A stretch of DNA of 64,000 nt from Chiloscyllium plagiosum (lineage: Eukaryota), in NCBI RefSeq assembly GCF_004010195.1, contig NC_057711.1, positions 77,972,560-78,036,559 on the forward strand, given 5' to 3'. Under the pieces are notes generated by a model. The model did not search any database, was not told where the DNA came from, and saw nothing but the letters and a program-made list of their open reading frames with translations. This document shows, piece by piece, positions 36,883 to 50,119 of this stretch (positions within the stretch are counted from its first letter, which is position 1; every line of letters begins with the position of its first letter). A program made the translations under genes and the position numbers.

Positions 36883-39800
36883 AGGTATTTTAGGTGTTGG
36901 AGATGATTTCCTCGAATTCTAGGAGCAGCAATTACTGTTTTATATGCTGTTGCATTGTTTTGGAACATTGGAGAAAAAAATAAAGTCAAAACAACGACAC
37001 TTTTGAAAAGGAGAGGGACAGACAAAGACAGCACATTGTCAGGTCAGTGCAGGAGAGAGAGAGAGAGTGAGACAAAGAAACCCACACTGCTAACCGACAC
37101 AGCAGTGGACCTGTGCAGTTATTGCCTTTGCTGTTGAATTCATGTATCACTGGACATCGGAGTGCGTCTGGGAAAATTAACGAACAGTGAAATTCACAAC
37201 TAATCTTGGAGGAATCTGTTTGGGAGAGGTCACAGCGCAGAAACAGATAAGTGAATAGTTTTAAGTATAGCCTTGCTGTAAATCTACAATAGTGAGTAGA
37301 GTGGGTTCTTTCTTGATTACGTGTTTTATTTGAGATATGTCTCTTGATTAATGTTAAAAATGTAAGCCATAAGTATTAAGTTAGCCTGGAGCAGTGTTTG
37401 TAGAGTAATAAGATGGTGCTATTTTCTGGGTCTGTAGACTGGAAGAAGCAAAAATGGCCCTGAGTAGAGTCATATGCTCTTCTTGTCAGATGTGGGAGTT
37501 TAGGGAGACTTTATGTGTTACTGAGGATTATATCTGCAATAAATGCTGTTGGTTACGAATCCTATCAGATCGAATGGATCAGTTAGAGGCAATGAGGAAT
37601 TTACAAGAGGAAGGTGGTGTGATGGATGGCACTTATAGGAAGGGAGAAAAATCACAGATACAGTCACATAGATGAGCTAACTCCTGGAAAGGTAAGAGAG
37701 GTAGGCAGCTAGTGCAGGAGCCTTCTGTGGCTATCCCCATTTCTTGGGAAATAAGGCAGGGCAGGTGACTGAGGTGTCAGTGGGGGAGCACTTTGGGGCC
37801 TGCGACCATAACTCTATTAGTTTTAAAATAGTGATGGAAAAGGATAGAGTAGATCTAAAAAATGAAGTTCTAAATTGGAGGAGGGCTAATTTTGACAGTA
37901 TTAGGCAAGAACTTTCAAAATCTGATTGGGAGCAGATGTTCGTAGGTAAAGGGATGGCTGGAAAATGGGAAGCCTTCAGAAATGAAATAATGAGAGCCCA
38001 GAGATAGTATATTCCTGTTAGGGTGAAAGGATAGGCTGCTGAGTGTAGAGAATGCTTGGTGACTAGAGAAATTGAGAGTTTGGTTAAGAAAAAGAAGAAA
38101 GCATATGTCAGGGATAGCCAGGCAGGATCGAGTGACTTCCTTGTAAGAGTATAAATGCAGTAGGCGTATACTTAAGAGGGAAATCAGGAAGGCAAAAAGG
38201 GAACATGAGATAGCTTTGGCAAATAGAGTTAAGGAGAATCTAAAGAGATTTTACAAATACATTAAGGACAAAAGGCTAACTAGGGAGAGAATAGGCCCTC
38301 TCAAAGATCAGCATGGCGACCTTTGTGTGGAGCCGCAGGAGATGGGGGAGATACTAAATGAGTATTTTGCATCCGTATTTACTGTAGAAAAGGAGATTGG
38401 GGACATAGAATGTAAGGAAATAGATGGTGACATCTTGAAAAATGTACATACGAGAAAGTGCTGGATATTTTGAAATGCATAAAAGTGGATAAATCCCCAG
38501 GACCCAGTCAGGAGTACCCTAGAGTTCTATGGGAAACTAGGGAAGTGATTTCTGGGCCCCTTGCTGAGATATTTGTACCATTGATAGTCACAGGTGAGTT
38601 ACCAGAAAACTGGAGGTTGACTAACGTGGTGCCACTGTTTAAGAAAGGTGGTAAGGACAAACCAGGGAACTATAGACTGGTGAGCCTGACATCGATGGTG
38701 GGCAAGTTGTTGGACGAAATCCTGAGGGACAGGATGTACATGTATTTGGCAAGGCAAGGACTGATTAGGTTGTGCGAAGGAAATCATGTCTCATGAACTT
38801 GATTGAGTTTTTTGAAGAAGTAACAAAGAGGATGGATGAGGACAGAGCGGTTGATGTGATCTATATGGACTTCAGTAAGGTGTTCGACAAGGTTCCCCAA
38901 GGGAGACTGGTGAGCAAGGTTAGATCGTATTAAATACAGGGAGAACTAGCCATTTGGATACAGAATTGGCTTGAAGGTAGAAGTCAGAGGGTTGTGGTGG
39001 AGCGTTGTTTTCCAGTCGGGAGGCCTGTGACCAGTGGAGTGCCACTACTTTTCATTATTTATATAAATGATTTGGATGTGAGTATAAGAGGTACAGTTAG
39101 TAAGTTTGCAGATGACACCAAAATTGGAGGTGTCGTGGACTGCAAAGAAGATTACCACAGATTAGAACTGGATCTTAATCAGATGGACCAATGGTCTGAG
39201 GAGTGGCAGATGGATTTTAATTTAGATAAATGGGAGGTACTGCATTTTGGGAAAGCAAATCTTAGCAGGACTTATACACTTAATGGTAAGGTCTTTGGGA
39301 GTGTTGCTGAACAGAGACTTTAGAGTGCAGGTTTATAGTCCCTTGAAAGTAGAGTCGCAGGTAGCTAAGATAGTGAAGAAGGCATTTGGTATGCTTTCCT
39401 TTATTGGTCAGAGTATTGAGTACAGGAGTTGGGAGGTCATGTTGTGGCTGTACAGGACATTGGATAGGCCACTTTGGAATATTGCGCGCAATTCTGGTGT
39501 CCCTCCTATCAGAAGGATGTTGTGAAACTTGAAAGGGTTCAGAAAAGATTTGCAAGAATGTTGGCAGGGTTGGAGGATTTGAGCTATAGGGAGATGTTGA
39601 ATAAGCTGGGGCAGTTTTTTTCCTGGAGCGTCAGAGGCTGAGGGATGACGTTATTGAGATTTATAAAACCATGAGAGGCATTGATAGGATAAATAGACAA
39701 AGTCTTTTTCCCTGGGGTGGGGGAATCCAGAACTAGAGGACATAGGTTTATGGTGAGAGGGGAAAGCTATAAAAGAGACATTAGGGGCAACCTTTTCACG

Positions 39801-40020
39801 CAGAGGATGGTATGTGTTTGGAATGAGCTGCCAGAGGAAGTGGTGGAGGCTGGTGCGATTGCAACATGTTAAAGGCATCTGGAAGGAAATGTGATTAGGA
39901 ATGGTATGGAGGGATATTGGCCAGGTGTTGGCAAGTGGGACTAGATTAGATTGGGATATCCGGTCGGCATGGATGAGTTGGACCGAAGGGTCTGTTTCCG
40001 TGCTGTACATCTCTGTGACT
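36883..40020 (+). mobile_element. CR1 LINE retaining 5' UTR and ORF1 zinc-finger start, internally deleted, with RT and 3' UTR
   Basis: ORF1 MALSRVICSSCQMWE...YICNKC (37454); EN end GEHFGACDHNSISF (37744); RT KSPGP, NYRLVSLTS, KFADDTK; host CR1 reads on from ~36700-36880 to ~40021-40110. Confidence 0.9.
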
Positions 40021-41084
40021 GTAATAGATGGGTCATTTTTCCAGTGGCAGCCAGTAATTAGTGGGATGCTGAAGGGATCAGTGCTTGGAAACCAGTTATT
40101 CACAAAAAATGTTCAGGATTTAAACAAGGAAACTATAATAGGACTATTTAGGGTAAACACAGGGAAATCACTCATGACCATGGAGACCAGGACAACAGTT
40201 CACTGTTGGGGTTTGCAACAGAGATTCAAAATTTCATCATCGAGAGAGTGGTGAACCTGTGGAATTCTCAGCCTCAACCTCTTTCTATGACAGCAACATT
40301 GAACATTTTCAAAGAGAAGTTGAGTATATTCCTTCGAACTAAAGGGATCAAAAGGTATACGGTGAAAGCAGGAGCAGGGTACTGAGTAGGATGATCAGCC
40401 ATGATTATATTGAATGGTGGAGCTGGTACAAAGGACTGAATGGCCTATTCCTGTTCTTGTTCCTATTTTCTATATTTATTATGGACAGTGGAATGACAGG
40501 ACTGCTGAACTTCCTGGAGAGTATGTCATACATAAATGGAAATTCAGGATATTCTCTTTTTTCTGGGACAACAACATTTGTAGGAATTGTCAGCCGCAGC
40601 AGGTTGAGCTGTAGCATATCTACCAGGTTGGCAGCTTCATGAATAGTATATTTACAAATATGGTCACCTGTAGCTTAACAGAATGCAAGAACAGAAATGG
40701 GTAATCACCAAGCAGTTAAGAAGAAACAAGCAGCTAGCCTTGACTACATGAGTACTTTTCAACAGGTATTTGATTAATTTGATGGTTCATCTGGCAAGTG
40801 CTGCCAACAGCTTAGCTGTACATGAAGATCTTAAGTTAAATAAGTTTAGAAGAGCAGTAGTGACAGGAGATTCAATAGTTAAGAGAACATACAGGCAGCT
40901 TTGTGACTGTGGTTACAAATCCAGAGTGGTTTGTTGACTCCATGTTACAAAAGTCAAGGATATCACTAAGTGGCTGCTGAATATCCAGAGAGTAGAGGAT
41001 CAGCAACTAGCAGTTTTGGTTTACATCAACAGTTATATAGGTGGGAAAAATGATGTAGCCTTGCAGTCAGAATTTTTGGAGCTA

Positions 41085-41470
41085 CATAAGACATAGCAGT
41101 AGAAGTAAGCCAGTTAGTCCATCAAGTCTGCTCTGCAATTCAATGAGTCATGCCTGAGTTGCTAATCCTTAATTCCACTTTCCTGCCTTTTCTCTATGAG
41201 CCTTGATTTCCTTGTTGATCAAAAAACTGTTAATCTCAGCCTTGAATATATTTAATGACACTGCCTCAACAGCCCTCTATGGTAAAGAATTCCACAGATT
41301 GACTGAGAGAAGAAATTCTTCCTCATTTGCATCTTAGATGAGCAACTCCCTTATTCTGAGGTTATTCCTCTGGTCCTAGACTTTCCCAAAAGGGAAAATA
41401 GCCTTTCTGCTACTACTCTGCGAAGTCCTTTTAAGAATGTTTGATGAGGTCCTCTCTCATTTTTTTTATA
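41085..41470 (-). mobile_element. CR1 3' end nested in an older CR1
   Basis: cataagacatagcagtagaagtaagcc tail; ggtaaagaattccacagatt. Confidence 0.7.
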
Positions 41471-42237
41471 TTGCGAATACAGAACGAGATAGGAAGTTAG
41501 CAACCACGACCTTCAGGGATATGCCTTGTTACGGTGCAAATGAGTATAGAAATAGCAAATGATTACTAAGAGAGCTGGTGCAGAAGGAAGGGCTTTAGGT
41601 TCTTGGGACCCTAGGTTCAGTTCTCAGTGATCTGGGATGTTGGATGCTGGATGCGTTGCTCCTAAAAACAATTGCTCCTAATTGCCATAACCAATTTCCT
41701 TGTGAAGTGATTTGTTAATACTTCTGGTAAGGCTTTAAATTGTGTTTGAGAACCACACGGCAACAATTAATAGCTGTACCAAGGTGCAAAGGATATTTGG
41801 AGACAAAGCTAGAATAGGACATAGCCAGGTATTACCTATTCATCAAGAAGGAAAATAATGAAATCTACATTAGAGTTGCAATGCATGTAAATTAATGTGC
41901 AGAGAGTAGTAAATAAAGTTGAGAAACAGAAACACAGATAGCCACATTGAAATACAAAGTGCTGGTAACAAAGACCAGCTCAAAGAAAGGCAAGTCTGGG
42001 TATTAAATATCCTTGAATGCTAGATGTTCAGGAAATATTGAGTAGGAAGAGGTACCTGTATTGATTAAGGAAAACAATGCAGTGTTGAAAAGAGAGGAAG
42101 TCACAAAAAGACCAAGAACAGAGTTGATACAATCAGAGGTAATTATTGATTAGTGTAATCTATAGGCCACCATTTAGTTGGAAAGATGTATAGAACTAAG
42201 TTTGCATGGAAATTACAGAGAAATGTCATAGTTATAA

Positions 42238-42430
42238 AGAGCTGCCAGAGGAAGTGATGGAGGCTGGTACATTTGCAACATTTAAAAGGCGTTTGGATGG
42301 GTTATATGAATAGGAAGGATTTGGAGGGTGCTGGCAGGTGGGACTAGATTGGGTTGGGATATCTGATCAGCATGGACGGGTTGGACCGAAGGTTCTGTTT
42401 CCATGCTGTACATCTCTATGACTCTATGAC
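42238..42430 (+). mobile_element. Young CR1 3' UTR fragment
   Basis: gagctgccagaggaagt...ctctatgactctatgac tail. Confidence 0.85.
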
Positions 42431-43822
42431 AGAGAGAAATGAGTAGGAAATATTCTATAGCATATGTTCCCAGTCTAAGAAGGAACTAGGTTTTGCTGGA
42501 CTTGGTTCTTGGAAATTAAGGGATTTAAATAGATAATGTATTAGTAGAGAAATATTTAGGAGTCAGTGATTGTTGTACCAAATGGTTTTAAAAATGTCCT
42601 ATGGAAAAGGACAAGGAGCAATACTAGATTAGAACAATTAACAAGGGAAAGTCAAATTCACTGGTGTGAAAAATTAGGAGTAACTGTGACTGAAGAAAGG
42701 GCTACCTTTAAAGAGATCTCAGATGCAGTCAAGGTAAGTTCTTGTGAAGAGAAAAACAAGGCAAACAATTTGAGTTTCCTGGACAGCATAAGAGGTATTA
42801 AGATGAAACAGAAAATCTGTGCTCAATTGTATTATCCACTTAACAATGTAGAAGGTTCAGAGGGAATTTACAAAGCAAATGAGGAAATCAAAGAGAAACT
42901 GAAGCGAGACAATCATATAAAATGGAATCCAGAAATCTTCTATGAGCATGTAAATAATAAGAGGGTGGTAAGGAGTGGTTAGGAATCAAAAAGTAGATTT
43001 ATACATGTAGACAAAGGCATGAATCAGTTTCGAAATGAGTAGTTTGCACCTGCCTTTACCAAGGAGACAGATACAGGTCAGGTGATGGTGAAAGATTAAA
43101 TCATTCCGACACTTAAAGAGTTTAAAATTGATGATCTAGGATAGGCTGTGTGTATTTAAATTTGATACCATATTCGGACTGACCATAGATATAGGAGCAG
43201 AGATAGAATATGGATGAAATGTATCCAGTGATACTGAATGAAATGAGTGGAAGATTTGGAGGTACTCACCATAATTTAACACTCTTCCTAAGACTTTGAG
43301 AGGTCATGCCAGAAGACTGGAGAATTGAAAATTGTTGAGAAGGAGGGTGCAAACATAAGCCAAACAACTGCAAGTCAATCATTTTATCTTTAGTGATGGG
43401 GAACCTTCTAGAAATGACAATTCAGGGCAAAATTAATTGTCAGTTGGACAAAGATGAGTTAATTAAGAAGAGCCAACATGAATTTGTTGAGGGAAAGCCA
43501 TTTTAGCTAACTTGTTTGAGTTTTCTGGTTATATAACAGAAAAGATTATTAAGGGTAATGCTGTTGTTATAGTGTATGCCAAAAGAGACAATAATGTGCT
43601 GCAGAACACAACCTTTGAACAAAGTTCGAGCTGACCGAATAAAAGAATCAAAGTGCAGTGTGAGCAATATTTCAGATTTGAGAAACTTTTACACAGCGGC
43701 CATTGGTGCTAAAACACTACTGTTTCTACTGTATATTAATGACCTATATCTTGGCTTACTGGAACAAGTTCTAATTTTTTGAATAACATGAAACTTGAAA
43801 ATGTTGTGATATGTAATGAAGG

Positions 43823-44126
43823 TAGACTAGATTCCCTACAGTGTGGAAACAGGCCCTTCGGCCCAACAAGTCCACACCGACCCTTGGAAGAGTAACCCAC
43901 CCAGACCCATTTCCCTCTGTCTAATGCACTAATAGGCAATATGGAATGGCCAATTCACCTGATCTGCACATCTTTAGACTGTGGAAGGAAACCGGAGCAC
44001 CCGGAGGAAACCCACGCAGACATGGGGAGAATGTGCAAACTCCACACGGACGGTTGACCGATGCCCGAATTGAACCTGGGTCCCTGGTGATGTGAGGCAG
44101 CAGTGCTAACCACTGAGCCACCATGC
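43823..44126 (-). mobile_element. V-SINE (HE1-like), full length
   Basis: Antisense A/B boxes, V-domain and tail. Confidence 0.9.
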
Positions 44127-44922
44127 GTATTACAGAACTTCAAACAAATGTAGACTGATTCACAGAATGGGCAAACATTTAATTCAGGGAGGTGTGTGTG
44201 AGTCACTTTGGTAGAAAGAATATGGAAACTGTACAAAATAAGGGAGCAGAGGAAGCTGGCAGGAGAGGTTATGAGAATAATAAATAAAGCATTCGGTATC
44301 CTGGACTTTATCAATAGAGATATAGAGTATCAAAGCAGGGAAGTTATGTTCACACTGGTTTGATTAAAACTGAATGGTTCCAGGGATAAGAAACTTTGGT
44401 TATATACAAAGGTTGACAAAATTGGAACCGGTCTTTTGAGTAAAGAATATTGAGATTTGATGTAGATATTGTCACAAAGCTGATCCTTTTTTCTAAAAGC
44501 TGTTCCTTTTCTCAAGGATGCTGTGTCCTTGATTTTTTTTCAGATGGGTCATAAAATAGTCCAGGCTCTGAAACGACTGGTTTGGTACAGACATGAAAGG
44601 GTTTACTGAGAGGCCTTTTGTTAATATGTAAACTGGTGAGACTTTAGGCCACGGCTTTATGTTTTGGAAGTAATCTGTATCCTGAGAGGGGAGTGGTCAG
44701 TCCTGAAAACTGAAGTTCTGTTTGAGTCAGTTCAGCAGTGGGCTGTGTGGAAACAAGCTGCTTGACTCTCTCTCCTTCTGCCCTTCTAATTTTGACCTGT
44801 GGGCCTTTGTTTCATTTTTGCCCTGTGTTTAAGGGGTTTGTTTATTGGGACTGTTGCACATATTTTCTGAACAGTGTAATTAAGTCTAGTATGGATAGAC
44901 TGTGGGTATTTTGTATTCTGTT

Positions 44923-46210
44923 ATAGAGTCATAGAGTCATAGAGATGTATAGCATGGAAACAGACCCTTCAGTCCAACCCGTCCATGCCGACCAGATATC
45001 CCAACCCAATCTTATCCCACCTGCCAGCACCTGGCCCATATCCCTCTAAACCCTTCCTATTCATATACCCATTCAAATGCCTCTTCAATGTTGCAATTGT
45101 ACCAGTCTCCACCACTTTCTCTGTCAGCTCATTCCATACACATGCCACCCTCTGCGTGAAAAAGTTAGGTCTCTTTTATATCTTTCCCCTCTCACCCTAA
45201 ACCTATGCCCTTTAGTTTTGGACTCCCCGACCCCAGGGAAAATACTTTGTCTATTTATCCTATCCATGCCCCTCATAATATTGTAAACCTTGATAGCTCA
45301 CCCCTCAGCCTCTGACATTCCAGGGAAAACAGCCCCAGCCTGTTCAGCCTCTCCCTGTAGCTCAGATCCTCCAACCCTGGCAACATCCTTGTTAATCTTT
45401 TCTGAACCCTTTCCAGTTTCACAACATCTTTCCGATAGGAAGGAGACCAGAATTGCACGCAATATTCCAATAGTGGCCTAACCAATGTCCTGTAGAGCCG
45501 CAACATGACTTCCCAACTCCTGTATTCAATACTCTGACCAATAAAGGAAAGCATACCAAATGCCNNNNNNNNNNNNNNNNNNNNNNNNNNNNNNNNNNNN
45601 NNNNNNNNNNNNNNNNNNNNNNNNNNNNNNNNNNNNNNNNNNNNNNNNNNNNNNNNNNNNNNNNNNNNNNNNNNNNNNNNNNNNNNNNNNNNNNNNNNNN
45701 NNNNNNNNNNNNNNNNNNNNNNNNNNNNNNNNNNNNNNNNNNNNNNNNNNNNTGGTCACAGGCCTCCAGTCTGAAAAACAACCCTCCACCACCACCCTCT
45801 GTCTTCTACCTTTGAGCCAGTTCTGTATCCAATGGCTAGTTCTCCCTGTATTCCATGAGATCTAAACTTGGTAATCAGTCTCCCATGGGGAAACTTGTCG
45901 AATGCCTTACTGAAGTCCATATAGATCACATCTACCACACTGCCCTCATCAATCTTCTTTGATACGTCTTCAAAAAACTCAATCAAGTTTGTGAGACATG
46001 ATTTCCCATGCACAAAGCCATGTTGACTATCCCTAATCAGTCCTTACCTTTCCAAATACATGTACATCCTGTCCCTCAGGATTCCCTCCAACAACTTGCC
46101 CACCACCGAGGTCAAGCTATAGTTCCCTGGCTTGTCTTTACCGCCCTTCTTCAACAGTGGAATCACGTTTGTCAACCTCCAGTCTTCTGGCACCTCACCT
46201 GTGACTATCC
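44923..46210 (-). mobile_element. Young CR1 LINE inserted in the 5' LTR; contains the assembly gap
   Basis: (ATAGAGTC)n tail; ORFs 45273..45554 and 45756..46013 (GKSCLTNLIEFFE...YMDFSKAFDK). Confidence 0.92.
45565..45752. other. Assembly gap (188 N)
   Basis: Run of N. Confidence 1.
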
Positions 46211-46450
46211 TTGTGTTTAATTCCGTAATTTTGTGAATACATTTTTGTCTGTTTTAAAACCTGGTTGTTAACCTAGCTAACTTATTCCAGGTAATTTTGA
46301 CAGTACACTTACCAAAACAAATAGCAAAGTTATGGTCTGGGCTGCCTGCTTAAGAATGTTTTGCGTGGCCTGGCCTAGTCCATAACAGATTGGGGACTCT
46401 TTGCGGGATTTAAACAGCGAGAGGTAGGTGCTAGTGGCTTTATTTCAGTA

Positions 46451-46795
46451 CAGTAGCGTCTCGACATACGAACGACCCCATTCACATACAAATCGGTTTA
46501 CGAACAGGATTGTACGTAAAACTTTGCTTCAATGTACGTACAAGGTACGAATGCAAAAAGCCCGTGTGCGACCACATGGTTTCATTGTTCTGCTTTGCTA
46601 CGCGCTTGTTGAACGCAAAAGCTCTCGGGCCCCACGTGATTCCATTCAGTTCGTCTTAGGTGCATGCGCTGTGAACAGCCATCCAAGCATTCTTACGCTA
46701 TCCAAGCAATGGGAAAAATTGATTCCGTTCGCGAACTTTTCGGTTCACAAACCGGGTCCTGGAACAGATTAAGTTCGTGAGTCAAGGCGCTACTG
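46451..46795. mobile_element. Tigger/pogo-like (Tc1/mariner superfamily) MITE, 345 bp, TA target duplication
   Basis: TIRs CAGTAGCGTCTCGACATACGAAC and revcomp CAGTAGCGCCTTGACTCACGAAC (19/23 match); TA on both sides. Confidence 0.88.
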
Positions 46796-46833
46796 TATTT
46801 GTTTTGGTTGGGTAGACAAAACTTGGGATAGCA

Positions 46834-47975
46834 ATGGATCTTTCAGTCACCAAGGTGAATAAGACCAGGCTGCAAGGATTAGCAGACAATCTGGGGTTGG
46901 AGCTACCTCCTCCTGTGAGGAAAGGAGAGATAATTACAGCAGTAGCTCAGCGTTTAAACTTGCTGGGAACACCCTCAGAATCTATAGAGAGCACAAGGAT
47001 TCAGTTGCGAATGAAGCAGCTTGTGTTCGAGACAACAGATAAGGAAAGGGCAGTAGAAATGAAACAGTTATAATGAGTAGAGAAAGAAAAAGAACGAATA
47101 GCTTTAGCAGAAGAGAAAGAAAGGAGAGGGTTTGAACTTCAAGTGCTGATACTTAGACAGGAAAGTCAGCATAAAAGGATGAAGATGAAGGCTGAAGGCA
47201 AGTCTAGTGAGGAAGAGAGTGTGGATGAGCAAACCTATGGTGGGCAAAAGCCTGATGAGAAACTGTTTAAGTACGTTCAAGCATTTCCATATCCTTCTCA
47301 TCAAGTATAGGCAGTCTTTTTCATCTCATTTGAAAAGTGGCTAAACAAATGCAGTGGCCTGTGACCATGTGGGTTTTGTTGATCCAAACAAAACTTGTAG
47401 GTAGTGGTAGTGAGGTCTTCACATCACTATCAGAGGAGTATGAGGATGTGAAAAAAGTCATCTTTAGTGCATACGAGCTTGTACCAGAAGCCTGTAACAA
47501 CATTTTAGGTATCTAAGGAGGGACCCTGGTCAAACCTATACTGACTTTGAAAAGATCGAACAAAGTAACTTTGATAGATGCATAAGAGCTTTAAAAATAG
47601 AGCAAGCCCATATTCCCCAAGAGAGGTAATTATTTTGGAGGAATTCAAAACTTAACTGCCTGAAGCAGCGTGAACTCATGTAGAGGAGCAGAGTTAAAAT
47701 GGCAAGGTTAGCAGCTGAAGTGGCTGGTGATTATGAGCTGGTCCATAAAACACCAGTTTGGCTTTCAGAATTAATTTCAGTCCATGAGGGATAGAAACTG
47801 GGGCAAAGAGAAATCCTCATGTGGAAAGGGAAAGGTAGATTTCAGTGAAGATCATAAGGATAACTTACCACAGGGTAAAAGGGAAACCCTTGAAGGGGAC
47901 AAGGAAAGTTAAAAGCTCCGGTGTTTTCATTGTAATAAAATGGGCCACATGAAGACACAGTGTTGGTGGGCGATG
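46834..47975 (+). pseudogene. Gmr1-like gag remnant: N-terminal helical motif, coiled coil, SCAN-like capsid region, CCHC knuckle
   Basis: FEKVAKQMQWP..WVLLIQTKLVG; YEDVKKVIFSAYELVPEA; EVIILEEFK; CFHCNKMGHMKTQC; stops and frameshifts. Confidence 0.8.
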
Positions 47976-48179
47976 AGAAAGCCAGATGTAAGAACACAGG
48001 ACAAGCTGGGAAGTTTTGTTGGCATAGTAACAGAAAGCACAGTGAAGCTAGAATGTTGCATCAGAGTGCACAAGCTGATCAGAGGCTAATTCAGGAGGAA
48101 GTGCCAGATCTGCTTAAAAAAATACATGGAAGGGTAAAGTTTATTCACATAGGCTAGGAGTAGCAGGTAAAGAGCTTAC

Positions 48180-48430
48180 AATGTAAAGGGACACAGGATC
48201 CTCTCAGTCTGTGAGGTGGAAGGATGAAGAGACATGTACTCCTGAGGAACTATTGTCAGAAAAGATACTGGTATCAGGAATTCATGGTGGGACAAAAAGT
48301 GCTCAGTTATGTAAAGTGAGGCTAGAGAGATCAGAAAAGAGTGGAGAATTTGTACTGGACAAACTCTTTGCTCCAGGAATACAATTTTTCCTTGCAAATG
48401 ATGTAGCTGATTCACCGGTAGGCTTGCTGC
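48180..48430 (+). pseudogene. Aspartic protease remnant
   Basis: RDTGSSQSV active-site motif at ~48188; GIQFFLANDVA. Confidence 0.75.
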
Positions 48431-48780
48431 CTACTTTCGTTGAAAAGCTAGGGGAGATGCAGGCAACTGAAGCAATTCAAGATGTTTATCCAGGAATCTT
48501 TCCAGATTGTGTCTTAACAAGATCGCAGTCACAAGCTGAAGCAGGAGAGATCAAAAGGCACAGATAAGGAAGCTGAAATAGCAATATCAGAGACTGTTTT
48601 TGATCAGATAAGTGGGACAGAACAGGAGCAAATAGGTAAACATGCAAGTATCTTTAGCTCTGCTAAGCTTATTGAGTTACAGCAGAAAGATGAGAATTTA
48701 AAGCAGTTGTATCAAAAGGCGCATACAGAGAGAGAGTGATTGCATTCCTGTGTGTTATTACTTAACAAAATGGTGTCTTA

Positions 48781-49870
48781 ATGAGGAAATGGAGACCATC
48801 ACACACTCAAATAGGTGAGAAATGGGCAGAAGTTCATCAGATTGTTTTGCCAGTAGGGTATAGAAAGGAGGTGCTGCGAGTGGCACATGAGCTACCACAT
48901 GGAGATCATTTCGGAATACAGGTTAAAATACAAAGACACTTTTTACTGACCTGGACTACACAGGGATGTAGTTGAATTTTGCCAGATGTATCATACATGT
49001 CTGCTAATTGGAAAACCACAGGCAGTAATAAAACCTGCACTTTTACTATCTATTCCAACATCTGAAGAACCTTTCACAAGAGTCATGATTGATTGTGTAT
49101 GTCCCCTACTTCAAACAAAAAATGGGAATAATGGATGTATTAACTAGATTTCTTGAGGCAGTCCCATTAGGCAATATCACAGCTAAAAGGGCTATAGAAA
49201 AATTACTTGAATTTTTTATTATATACAGATTACCCGTAGAGATACTGTCAGATCCAAGGATCAGATTTCACATCCAAACTATTCAAGGACGTTATGGATA
49301 GCTTGGGAATAAAACAATTCAAATCTACTGTGTACCATCCAGAATCGCAGGGAGCGCGAGAAAGATGGCATCAAACATTAAAGACCATGTTGAGGGCTTA
49401 TAGTTGGGACTTTCCAGATGATTGGGATAAGGGAGTTCTGTTTGTGCTTCTTGCGATCAGCGATGCACCAAGTAAATTGACCATATTATGTCCATTTGAA
49501 TTAATGTTTGAGCATGATGTAAGAGGACCATTAAAATTAATTAAGGAGAAATTAATAAGTCAGAATTCAAAGACCCTCTCCCTATTTGGATTATGTGTCA
49601 AATTTAGCGAATGACTAAATAGAACTGGGGAGTTGGCTAGATGGCATTTAAAAATAACACAGCATACAATGAAACAAAAAACAGATAAGAAATCAAAAGT
49701 TCGCAATTTTGCCATTGAGGATAAGATATAGGTGTTACTTCCAGTAATAGGTGAACCTTTAAAAGCAAGGTTTAGTGGACCTTATCAAATCAAGAGGAAG
49801 TTGAGTGAGGTGAACTACTTGATAAGGACTCCAGACAGGAAGAAATCTCAGAGTGTGTCATGTGAATGTG
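48781..49870 (+). pseudogene. Integrase remnant (HHCC, core, GPY motif)
   Basis: QIVLPVGYRKEVLRVAHELPHGDHFG; TRFLEAVPL; EILSDQGS; YHPESQGARERWHQTLKTML; RFSGPYQI. Confidence 0.88.
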
Positions 49871-50119
49871 CTCAACATGTATTTTGACAGGGAAGGACAG
49901 CAAGAGGAGAAGGTGTTAATGATTACACACACAGGGAAAAACCAAGTTCAGAGGATTCTGAATTGGACATTCCTCAAGTCAATTGGACCATGAGCAAGTT
50001 GTAAAAAATTGGGATAAATTATTGAGCTATCTTCCACAAGAAAATTGAAATGACCTGAAAGAGTTGTTATTATCACATGGGAAGCTACGTGGAAATAAAC
50101 TGGAAAGTACTGACCTACT

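Larger units (their letters stand above)
40850..44469 (+). mobile_element. Old, long CR1 LINE (ORF1 esterase through ORF2), heavily decayed, with nested insertions; continues at ~52188-52350
   Basis: AVVTGDSIVK SGNH-esterase motif at ~40853; NPEIFYEHVNNKR; PEDWRI; RT remnants. Confidence 0.7.
44470..46387 (+). repeat. 5' LTR (44470-44922 plus 46211-46387), split by a CR1 insertion
   Basis: Both parts align with the 3' LTR; junction gtattctgtt|...|ttgtgttt. Confidence 0.92.
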
